DNA of 64,000 bases from Neoechinorhynchus agilis (lineage: Eukaryota > Animalia > Acanthocephala): contig CM121342.1 in assembly GCA_051530055.1 (NCBI GenBank), positions 10,679,480-10,743,479 of the forward strand. The letters run 5' to 3'. Each line of letters starts with the position of its first letter. Position 1 is the first letter of the stretch. Positions 25,060 through 36,199 of this stretch are shown piece by piece. The notes below the pieces were generated by a model. The model ran no database searches, had not been told where the DNA came from, and saw only the letters and a list, made by a program, of their open reading frames with translations. Both the position numbers and the translations under genes were made by a program.

Positions 25060-28000
25060 GTGACTCAGAAAGTTGGCTTCTTTAAGTAGGACCTCACCAA
25101 ATGTATGCCGCCGTTCGAGTGGACGACCGCGGCTAAAAAATGATAGGGCTGAGATTGCCCATATTTTCCATACTTGCCTTTGTTTCACATAGTTAAGCTG
25201 TAATTTTAACGCTCTGTGGTGATAGCGTTTAGCTAATTTTAGAATTTTTTAAACTGTAAAATATCCGGTTTTTCGTTAAGTCTAGAGTTAAAAGTGTAGC
25301 CTGATATTTTTATTTTGTTAACCGATGTTTTACTTTCCTGGTTGCGCATGGGTAGTAGCTGTTTTCTAATTATTCCTTTTAATTTTTTTATTGATATAAG
25401 AGCTTCCCGCCACAGCCATAATTTTGGTTTTATTTGGATTTAGTTTAAGACCCATTATTTGTGATTGCCTATCTAAGAAATCCACAAGAGCTGTGAGAAC
25501 TGGCAATTCCCACGCATTTTCAGTACAAATCGTCGCACTGATGTCATCCGCATAGAGGATTGTTTTAACCCCTTTCCTATTAAAATACGAGATATACTGC
25601 ATGGTAATTAAGAAAAGGATAGGTGACAATGAGCTACCTTGAGGTAGACCTTTTGCTGCGTATAAAATTTCCTGGTCTTTATCGTCTTCAAAATAGAATG
25701 ACTTTGTCATCAGAATATCCTTGATACGGATTAAAATGCCTTATGGAAAATACAGAAAAGACATAGTTGATCAGGAATTGAAGATTTATGTTGTCGTAAG
25801 CAGCCGAAAAGTCAAAAGAGATTAAACATTTATATCTGCAATTGTTGCTAAATAGAGATTTATAGATTTCGTTGACAGCCGATGTGACAGAACGTCCTTG
25901 GAAAAACCCGTGGCAATTGCTACTTATAACATCCTTGTCGATACAAAATTTCATAAAATAGTCGGCAATCGCCTTTTCATAAATTGATACCAAGGAATTT
26001 TGAATTGATGTGGGTCTTATGTCCGATGGGGCTGCAATTTTCCGTTTGTTTGCTTTCGCAATCAATATCCTTCTTGAAGTGTTTATTTGAAGCCATTCTT
26101 GCCTAGATGCACGAAGGAGACATGAAACAATTAATGTTCTAATTGGATACTCCACATATTTTAGACATTTACATGGAGCACTTAGATTATTCGATGATAA
26201 TTTTCCCATTCTGTTCCAAATTTTGATTATGTCTTCGGGAACTAAATCTCCTTTATTCAAAGATTGTAGACGGGGAAGTTTCAACCACTCATTTTCAGGT
26301 GGTTCATTTTTTGCGTCAAAGGAAAGACTTACGAAGATTTCCTTCAAAACTGTTGCAGGGGAAGATGATCTCATCCACCCAACAGCCTTATCGTTCCATC
26401 TTGTGAATTTCGTTTTTTTGATAATCTTCCAAAATGATTTTGAGGATGTGGAGAGGTTTTTTTTCTTTCCTGTGGTGAACCAAGTGGAGGTTATAGTTGC
26501 ACGTCCAGTATTTTTTACTCCAAATTTTTTTCCATTAGAATATCCTGGTGTTGGTCGGCTATTTTAATTTTTGATGCGCAATGGCGAAGGAAATTAGAAG
26601 ATATATTATTCCGCATCGAGTAATAAGGTATTGAGAGGAAGGTATGTGAAAAATCGCTAAGTAACGAATTCCATTCGTATAAATTGCGAATACCATGTAT
26701 CAAGGATTGTTTAATTGTCAGGTTAAAAAAGGCCACGTTAATTGGTGAAAAGCGGTATCTTCTAAATAAAGTCCTCCGAAATTCTCCAGTAGATGATATC
26801 ATGGTAACTGTTTTCTGGTATGGCGACCTGCTTTATGACCGAGAAACATTTTAGTCGGTCCAATGGCACAAAACACCCGTCGTACCATGAGTTTACATTT
26901 GTTGAAGTACGATGAAAAGTGGGCTGAGTGGGGGTTAGGAATGCATGTGTACTCTCTCTGTTAGCTATGACCTTGGTCCATTTTCCCGGGGGATCATTAA
27001 AATCCCCAAATAAAAAGATATTGCCCAGACATATAAGGTTATTGATGATAGATTTGGTTACCTCCTTATGCATGAGACTAGGTCTCACATAGATATTACC
27101 CACCAATATTTCCTTATCATTGTATCGGATTTGAAAAATCGCAAATGACACATTTTCACCAGTGAAGCCTTGAATAAGAGAGGCTAGTAATTTTTTCTTG
27201 AAGATCGTCAATAAACCGCTTGAATTCGGTTTTAGAGGGAATGTGGGGAAAACATCGTATTCCAAAAGTAAGGATGATGCAAGTATATTTGAGTCTATTG
27301 TGGCTTTTTTTGCTTCCCGAATGCAAATTATATCCTCCTTTATGGGTTTTAAAAATTTATACCTAATTAGTGCCACGGCTCCACCCGAGTTCCATTGTAG
27401 GCAAGTAATGTTTAGTGGTGCTTGCGAGGGCCTACTAGGTATCATTTAGTGTTATCGGTTAAAGCATTTGAGTCGTTTGTAAACATTCGACTTTCAACAA
27501 TTTTGAAAGTATTCCGCTGAGTTTTCGATTTAATTTTGTCCGACTTAATAGATCCACTTCTCTTACCTGTGTGGGTTGCCACTGGGTGAGCATCATTTCT
27601 ATTAGGTAACGATTGATTGTTGATGTTCGTTGGCATCATTAATGTTGGTAGTTGTATTTGTTGAGCTAGCTGATTCTGAAAGGTATTGAACAGTGTCATG
27701 ATGCGTTGGGGCATTTCGTGTAGGACATTCTCCATGATTTTTTGGTATAAGTCCTCTTCATTAATGGTGGTCGGTATTGTTGTTGAAGACGTCTGTTGGA
27801 TATCCACAGCTTTTTTGATGAGTATTGGATATTTTAGCTGTAATTTGATAGTTGCTGGAATTCGATCTCATAAATCCTGATTTATATGCGTCGGAGTATG
27901 ATTTGAAGCAAGGACATCCTTCGTAGTAACTCCGATGGTTCTCTGCGCAATTGCCACATTTGATATTAGTGTTTGTGCATGCGGACATGTGATGATTCTC

Positions 28001-28330
28001 GGAGCAATAACAGCATTTTTGTTTTTTGTTTAGACAATTTTGGTTCCAGTGTCCCCATTGAAGACAAATGCTGCATTGTGGATAAATTAAATTGCAGTCA
28101 CTGTTGGAATTTCTGGAGAATCTGATTTCCATACATTGAAATATCCACTGTTGGGACAAGGTTTGAGGAAATTACCCCACGTCTCTTCTTTAGATGCTAT
28201 TGGTATTGCTGTGATTTTGGAAACATAATTCTCTTTTTTGATTGGTCTATCAATGTAGTTGTATTGTGTACGATTATAGTCGTTGCTTGAAGTCTGCTGA
28301 TATTCCTCTGATGAAGATAGGTTTTGCATT
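25060..28330 (-). mobile_element. AT-rich LINE, family E, near full length with frameshifts
   Basis: ORF1 knuckles CSICLQWGH...CCYCSENH...CGNCAENH (27761-28159). APE 26762-27445 (LQWNSGG, LFGDFND). RT 25366-26374 (DIRPTSIQN, CHGFFQGRS, GLPQGSSLSP, YADDI). Confidence 0.9.
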
Positions 28331-28629
28331 TAGGTAAGTATCATTTCCTTACCACACATTCCATTCTGGTTAAAGGTTGAGGTTTGACAGCAGCTGCTCT
28401 CTTGCCTTTGAGGATATCGGAATCCTCATCGAGAAGTTGGTTGAACGAGTGTCTCCACCCCTGTTCCTCCATGGTCATCAGGAGGATCAGGTTCTCTCGA
28501 AATCGTAGTTGTTGTTGGCACGCATTTTTCATTGTTACGAAAATTGCGCATTTTTGACAAAACCACTAGGTGCAATATCGATTACCACTTCTGTAACGCA
28601 ATGTAGATTTATCGCTACAAGGACCCAAA

Positions 28630-29090
28630 AAACGCTTTCCCTGCCAAGCATTCTAGAACCCACTAATCTTTGCAGATTAGATTGGCGTGGCTGTCTTCCT
28701 TGGCGGGAGGGAAAATGGTTGTTGTGGGATGCAACTTGTGTGGACACGTTGGCAAACTCCAACATCAGCCACTCGAAAAAAGGTTCAGGAGGAGCGACGA
28801 CGGCGGCAGAGGAGCGGAAATGCTCGAAATACAGGGAGCTAATCCGAAACTACCATTTTGTCCTCTTCGGTGTGGAAACGTATGGGGCCTTGGGAGGGTC
28901 GGCACTGGCCCTTGTGAAGGACTTGGGGGAACGAATCAACGCGGCGACTGGAGAGCCAAGATCGACTTCGTTCCTAGCCCAAAAAATAAGCATTGCGGTG
29001 CAGTGGGGCAATGCGGCCAGCATTTTGGCCAGCGCCGATGAATAGGAGCGGAGAGGTTGTAAACAATGCACAGATTGCGTATAAAAATTA
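28630..29090 (+). mobile_element. CRE-like RLE C-terminal fragment
   Basis: LPWREGKWLLWDATCVDT...FGVETYGALG...ISIAVQWGNAASI, the RLE tail of CRE-like elements. Confidence 0.85.
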
Positions 29091-29094
29091 AATG

Positions 29095-30169
29095 TCTTTT
29101 TTTAAAAATAAATAATCTTATGGAAACTAAATCTGTTTATTATGACATAGAACCTGGCCGTACTCGTTTTTTCTCTAAATACGGTGTACCACAGGGATCT
29201 CCATTGTCCCCTACTCTGTTTCTAATTGTAATTATATATTTTTAAGAATATTGTGGCTAAATCAAAATCGGTGTACCCTCTGATTTACGCAGATGACATT
29301 TTTTATCTTTTGTAAACGTAAAAGTAGGACTTTCCTCTTAAATCATATAGATTCCTTTTTAATAAGGTTACAGAACAGCCTCAAGGAAGGTAATTTAGTC
29401 GTTAATCCATCGAAAACAGTTATCCTACCACAAGATCTGGCTTCGCATTCAACATTTTCAGCTTTTTTATTCAAGAGACACAACCGAATACTTGGCATAG
29501 ATGAAATATCAAATAGGCAACGTTTTTGATTAATTCCTCGCTCTCTGGAATATTTTATAAAGCAAGAAATCTCTTGAATCGTATGCTTCGCATTGGGCTC
29601 ACTTTTAATTATATTTATAGAATTTCAATTACGCTTTTAGGAGGTTCATTATGTTTCTTTGCAATGGGGCGTCCTCCTGAATTTCGATTGGCCTTTTTCA
29701 ATCAGTTTATTAAAAAAACTGAGTCTCCTCCCGACCTCACATCGTATTGTTTACTAAAATCTGGTATTATTCTCCTCATTTTCCAGCCAATAAATTTTTA
29801 TTTTTTAAGAATGAAATTTATTTAGTCTCTTTAAAAGCGAAGGCACTAAATATCAAACCTGATCATATTCTGATAAAACTTAATCTCACCAAGAAGCTTG
29901 ACTTTTATATTTTATTCACTAATTTAATTCAAAAGGACAAACTGGAAATTATTGTGTAATTGAGTCTTTATTTTAGACCAGTAAACAGGTCAGTTTTTTC
30001 TATGGAGGGAAAGGAGGAGTCCGGGGAGTACTGAGATCTACTCTAACTCGAGACTTCCTTTCTCGTCTTACTACTAACATATACATTGAGATTTGGATAA
30101 TGTATGCAAATTCACAGATTCTTTAAAAAAGACATTGAATATATGCGCAACAAATAAATAAATATAAAA
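29095..30169 (+). mobile_element. AT-rich LINE, family F, 5'-truncated
   Basis: GVPQGSPLSP and IYADDI motifs. The C-terminus is homologous to family B (GGSLCFFAMGRPP). An A-rich tail abuts tcacacat at 30170. Confidence 0.85.
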
Positions 30170-31506
30170 TCACACATTTGTGTCATCAAATTCAATTTGC
30201 TTTCCACAGTTCCTAACATGATTGGCTATTGCCAGGGAAGCATCGTAACGCCTAAATGATTTTTGTGTTGTGCGATCCCTTTCTTTAGTCTTGGTTTGAT
30301 TTCTACCACAAATTTAGCTGAGCAGTCTTTGCAGTGGGCAGCGTATGTAACTTCATGCTTTTCACATTTTGACTTATTTTTAAGGATGCCTGCAAGGTTT
30401 TACCACCGTTTTGTAGTACACAAAATTATCGTCTTGTCGCAGGGAAGGCAAATCTCATTTAAGATCCGATGGGAACAAGTGAACGCCCGATAGTATTGCA
30501 GATTCCGAAGTGTAGGATTCAAAGTAAACGCCTGTTGATAAGGGTCTTAAACTTGGCTTGAAGGTCAAATGTTTTTTTCGGGTGAATATCTCGGAGTATT
30601 TCGATAATTTGTTTATTCCGACGAACCGTCCTCCAGTTCCTTAGGGGACTCTCTTATACTACAATTGATTGGCACAGAGCATAAAGGGGCTTTAGGGTGC
30701 ACGCATTGAACGCGAAATGCTGATTTAGCGAATGAATGTAAACGGGATTTCGTCGAGGGTCGTCGTAAACACACGTATCAAATCTCCAAGTTTCGCCACT
30801 ATCATGGGTTTCGCTGATCGAGGGATACGCCGGATTAAGCGAACGTTCCGTCCTATGAGGTTCCTTAGTGCAGTCAAATCTTAATTGACCGGAATGATTG
30901 TGGGTATAATATTTTCCGGGCAGCAGTAGTTTAAAATGTAATCCTACGAAGGATATCGCTGGATATTATGGGTTATGTTTTTTCGGTGAAAATGTTTCAA
31001 AAATCGGACAACCTAAAAATTAAGTTTGGGGCAAATAATTTAATTTTATGCATCATTAGAATACGAGCGACGTATTTCGACTTTCTCCGTCCGTGATTTA
31101 CGTTGGCTTAAAACAAGAACTTCAATTTTCCAGAACTTTTGAATGATTGAAAAAGGTCTCCAAAGTTGTCCATTGGTTATTGTTTTTCCGGTAGGACAAT
31201 TTGTTTTCTTGTCCTCAAAATTTTGGGAGCTAAGACTTAAAGAGTTATATTGTATTTTTGATAAAACCAAGAGGATGCCTTTTTACCTTGAAACATATCA
31301 TCTAACCAACACGAGTTTAGGAGTAACGACAAATTCTCCTGAACGATTTGTTAATGGAAGCTTTTTCCGCTATTTTATCGTTAGACCACTGACGGCTATT
31401 GGTTGGATTTTCTAATTGTCGCTATGATTTTAATTATGATTCTTTTACACGCTAAACACGAAAATCGAATTCATCTTTATTTCGATAAGAATGTCTTGTT
31501 GCCATT

Positions 31507-32718
31507 CTACCCACTAACTAAAGATTTTGGTTCCACTGAACTTCCAAGAGTATTTTTAACTTTTACATACACTGGTTCAATTAATTCTTTATGTTTTTTG
31601 TTTGCCACATGATTAATCATCTTTTCTAATATTTCAATGATTTGTGACGCTTGAACGTCTTCAGCTGTTATATCCTTTGCCATGATTTCCTGGAACATTC
31701 GACGAATCCAGTCTAGATTTCATATCCTGTAATCCTTATGAAGTCCAATACGCAATCCTCTGCAATAAAATGACAAATCATGATTAATTGGTTTAAGCGA
31801 TTCTTGGGTCCTTTCAATGGCCTCGGAACTTTTCTCACTGTGCGATGATCCTGCAGATTTAACAAGATTCTTTTTTCTGGGAAATAATTTCCTGGCTTTA
31901 CAATTAAAAACGTATTTCCGGCGCTTTGGGGCAGCTATAACGACTTCTTTCTGATCCAATGATTCAGACATTTTCGCTGATTTGTCGTCGACGCTTTGGG
32001 CAGCGCTAGGTTCTTCGCTCATTGGAAATGTGCGCTTTCTCTTCAGCGAGGCTTTTAACTCCTCAGAACTCTTTGCTGCGGCTAATCTTGCCTCTCGGAT
32101 TGTTTCGCCGAATTTGTCGGCCAATTTCTGCATGAGGTATTTATACCGAATGTTTTTTGTATTATTATTCATCTGCAACAACATCGGAACTACTCCTGAG
32201 CACTGGATCTCCTGCGCAGAGAATTCTCCATAGATCATTTCTCCAAATACTCGGCATACCCAATCTCCGCTGATTATTGTAAAATTTTTGTCAATGCCGA
32301 AAGAGAGTTTATAGGCAATTTCTCCAAGCATTCCATTTTGCGTCGTCGTTTCTCCTCTTAAATTATCCTTTTTGGTTTTTTCTTTCATCAATATTTTATC
32401 TTTATTGTTTACCGGCTTTCTGCTAATTTCAGCCGAGCCTTTAGAAATCTTTTCATCACCACCTTTAGCCTTGGAGTCAGCCCTTGTTTGCCATTCACTG
32501 ATGTTTGAGGATAATTGGACTTTAACTTCATGACCCGTATCCTGTGCCGGACGTTTGATTTCTGTATTTTCGAATGATTCTGAATTTTTTCTTTTGCGGT
32601 TCGCTACATTTTTATCTTCGGTTGAGGCTTTCGTCATATCTGAAGCTGATTGAAAATTCGCAGGTCGAGTTCTCGTTTCGTCTTCTTTGCCGATATTTGT
32701 TTCTTGAGCCTTGTTCAT
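31507..32718 (-). pseudogene. Copy 2 of double-domain ORF, one frameshift near 31720
   Basis: ORFs 31720-32718 and 31507-31698 together reproduce the 4877-6088 protein. Confidence 0.85.
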
Positions 32719-33094
32719 CGATATTACTTTTATAGGAGTGATATGATCTCAGTTTGCATCATTCACGTTGCGCTTTTGAGACGGGAAATAACATTGTGTT
32801 TGTGTTTTCTCAATAGTACATATTTACTTGATTTTCCATGTTTATTGAAGTGACAAATAATAGAAAAACTAATTACAAAAATAATTTAAAGCTCAAGACG
32901 GTAAAAAACAATTCCAAATGTTTGCATAGAAAAAATAGATTCTTTATCGCAGTGTTATCCTGTGGACTAAATAAGTTCGGGCAACGGTTGCGCCTTTGTC
33001 CACTTGAACCCATGGAAAGCGCTGCATTGTTTTTCCCAACGGAAATTTAAAACTAATTATGGCTTTATTATTCGGTCCATCGGTTTAACTGAAC

Positions 33095-33875
33095 AAGGCG
33101 ATTAAGTAAATGCAGTTGAACGCTTATCACACATTCGCGTCATCAAATTTAATTTGATTTCCACAGCTCCTAACATGATTGGCTATTGCTAGGGAAGCAC
33201 CGTAACGCCTAAATGTCTTTTGTGTTGTGCGATCCCTTTCTTTAGTCTTGGTTTGATTTCTACCACAAATTTAGCTGAGCTGTCTTTGCAGTGGGCCGCG
33301 TATGTAACTTCATGCTTTTCACATTTTGACTTATTTTTAAGGATGCCTGCAAGGTTTTACCACCGTTTTGTAGTACACAAAATTATCGTCTTGTCGCAGG
33401 GAAGGCAAATCTCATTTAAGATCCGATGGGAACAAGTGAAGGCCCGGTAGTATTGCAGATTCCGAAGTGTAGGATTCGAAGTAAACGCCTGTGGAGAAGG
33501 GTCGGAAACTTGACTTGAAGGTCAAATGTTTTTTTCGGGTGATTATCTCGGAGTATTTCGATAATTTGTTTATTCCGACGAACCGTCCTCCAGTTGCTAA
33601 GGGCTCTCAAATACTACAATTGATTGGCACAGAGCATAAAGGGGCTGTAGGGTGCACTCATGGAACGTGAAACGCTGATTTAGCGAATGAATGTAAAGGG
33701 GATTTCGTCGAGGGTCGTCGTAAACGCACGTATCAAATCTCCAAGTTTCGCCACTATCATGGGTTTCGCTGATCGAGGGATACGCCGGATTAAGCGAACG
33801 TTCCGTCCTATGAGGTTCCTTAGTGCAGTCAAATCTTCATTGGCCGGAATGATTGTGGGTATAATATTTTCCGGG
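33095..33875 (-). mobile_element. Degenerate Penelope-like RT thumb + GIY-YIG (also 30170-30920)
   Basis: Across frameshifts the minus strand gives FDTCVYDDPRRNPLYIH, RALSNWRTVRRNKQIIEILRDNHP, LAGILKNK, YAAHCKD.SAKFVVEIKPRLKKGIAQHK and AIANHVRSCGNQIKFDDANV, in the order expected for a PLE ORF. Confidence 0.7.
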
Positions 33876-34459
33876 CAGCAGTAGTTTAAAATGTAATCCT
33901 ACGAAAGATATCGCTGGATATTATGGGTTATGTTTTTTCGGTGAAAATGTTTCAAAAATCGGACAACCTAAAAATTATGTTTGGGGCAAATCATTTAATT
34001 TTATGCATCATTATAATACGAGCGACGTATTTCGACTTTCTCCGTCCGTGATTTACGTTGGCTTAAAACAAGAACTTCAATTTTCCAGAACTTTTGAAAG
34101 ATTGAAAAAGGTCTCCAAAGTTGTCCATTGGTTATTGTTTTTCCGGTAGGACAATTTGTTTTCTTGTCCTCAAAATTTTGGGAGCTTAGACTTAGAGTTA
34201 TATTGTATTTTTGATAAAACCAAAAGGATGCCTTGTTACCTTGAAACATATTATCTAACCAACACGAGTTTAGGAGTTAAGACAAATTCTCCTGAACGAT
34301 TTTTTAATGGAAGCTTTATCGGCTATTTTATCGTCCGATCACTGACGGCTATTGGTTGGATTTTCTAATTGTCGCTATGATTTTAATTATGATTCTTTAA
34401 CACTCTAAATACAAAAATCGAGTTCATCTTTATTTCGAAAAAAATGTCTTGTTGCCATT

Positions 34460-35671
34460 CTACCCACTAACTAATGATTTTGGTTCCACTGAACTTCCAA
34501 GGGTATTTTTAACTTTTGCATACACTGGTTCAATTAATTCTTTATGTTTTTTGTTTGCCACATGATTAATCATCTTTTCTAATATTTCAACGATTTGTGA
34601 CGCTTGAACTTCTTCAGCTGTTATTTCCTTTGTCATGATTTCCTGGAACATTCGACGAATCCAGTCTAGATTCCATATACTGTAATCCTTATGAAGTCCA
34701 ATACGCAATCCTCTGCAATAAAACGACAAATCATGATTAATTGGTTTAAGCGATTCTTGGGTCCTTTCAATGGCCTCCGAACTTTTCTCACTGTGCGATG
34801 ATCCTGCAAATTTAACAAGCTTCTTTTTTCTGGGAAATGATTTCCTGGCTTCACAATTAAAGACATATTTCCGGCGCTTTGGGGCAGGTATAACGACTTC
34901 CTTCTGATCCAATGATTCAGACATTTTCGCTGATTTGTCGTCGACGCTTTGGGCAGCGCTAGGTTCTTCGCTCATTGGAAATGTACGCTTTCTCTTCAGC
35001 GAGGCTTTCAACTCCTCAGAACTTTTTGCTGCGGCTAATCTTGCCTCTCGGATTGTTTCGCCGAATTTGTCGGCCAATTTCTGTATGAGGTATTTATACC
35101 GAATGTTTTTTGTATTATTGTTCATCTTCAACAACATCGGAACTATTCCTGAGCGCTGGATTTCCTCCGCGGAGAATTCTCCATAGATCATTTCTCCAAA
35201 TACTCGGCATACCCAATCTCCGCTGGTTATTGTAAAATCTTTGTCAATGCCGAAAGAGAGTTTATAGGCAATTTCTCCGGCATTCCATTTTGTCGACGTT
35301 TCTCCTCTAAATTATCTCGTTTGGTTTTTTCTTTCATCAATATTTATATTCTTTATTGTTTACCGGCTTTCTGCTAATTTCAGCCGAGCCTTTAGAAATC
35401 TTTTCATCACCACCTTTTGCCTTGGAGTCAGCCTTTGTTTGCCATTCACTGATGTTTGAGGATAATTGGACTTTAACTTCATGACCCGTATCCTGTGCCG
35501 GACGTTTGATTTCTGTATTTTCGAATGATTCTGAATTTTTTCTTGCGGTTCGGTTAAGTATTTTTTATCTTCGGTTGAGGCTTTCGTCATATCTGAAGCT
35601 GATTGAAAATTTCGTGGTCGAGTTCTCGTTTCGTCTTCTTTGCCGATATTTGTTTCTTGAGCCTTGTTCAT
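34460..35671 (-). pseudogene. Copy 3 of double-domain ORF, frameshifted in the N-terminal part
   Basis: ORFs 35360-35671 and 34460-35191 match the copy-1 protein. The C-terminal domain is intact. Confidence 0.85.
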
Positions 35672-36199
35672 CGATATTACTTTTATAGGAGTGATATGAT
35701 CTCAGTTTGCATCATTCACGTTGCGCTTTTGAGACGGGAAATAACATTGTGTTTGTGTTTTCTCAATAGTACATATTTACTTGATTTTCCATGTTTATTG
35801 AAGTGACAAATAATAGAAAAACTAATTACAAAAATAATTTAAAGCTCAAGACGGTAAAAAACAATTCCAAATGTTTGCATAGAAAAAATAGATTCTTTAT
35901 CGCAGTGTTATCCTGTGGACTAAATAAGTTCGGGCAACGGTTGCGCCTTTGTTCACTTGAAACCATGGAAAGCGCTCCATCGTTTTTCCCGACGGAAATT
36001 TAAAACTTATTATGGCTTTATTATTCGGTCCATCGGTTTAACTGAACAAGGCATTTGAGATAAGGTATTGAAGAAGGTATAGTTGACTAATCACGTTCCC
36101 AATATAGAGAATCTTTATTACGTACGCCACGCGATTCTATGCTAAAGGCTAAAATCATCTAAAAAATCCGTTGTTTAATTAACGGTTATTAAGTAATGA

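Larger units (their letters stand above)
30170..36052 (-). repeat. Two tandem ~2.96-kb units (PLE remnant + double-domain ORF)
   Basis: Marker cagcagtagt occurs at 30921 and 33876 (period 2955), and tcacacatt at 30170 and 33127. Confidence 0.95.

Noticed and set aside
6590-30040. TGAGATC motif ~120-140 nt from the 3' ends of families A, B and F as an RNA signal
   Set aside because: It translates as a shared W-x-x-(x)-EI(D/Y) peptide, so it is more simply residual coding conservation.
700-30169. Alternative genetic code or programmed frameshifting to explain the broken LINE ORFs
   Set aside because: The breaks are mostly indels at inconsistent positions between families, while host genes translate cleanly in the standard code. 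Ordinary decay suffices.
33085-33280. Hotspot target as a spliced-leader RNA or snRNA gene (the classic CRE/NeSL target)
   Set aside because: There is no AG|GT leader end or convincing Sm site, and the minus strand reads as degenerate GIY-YIG coding sequence.
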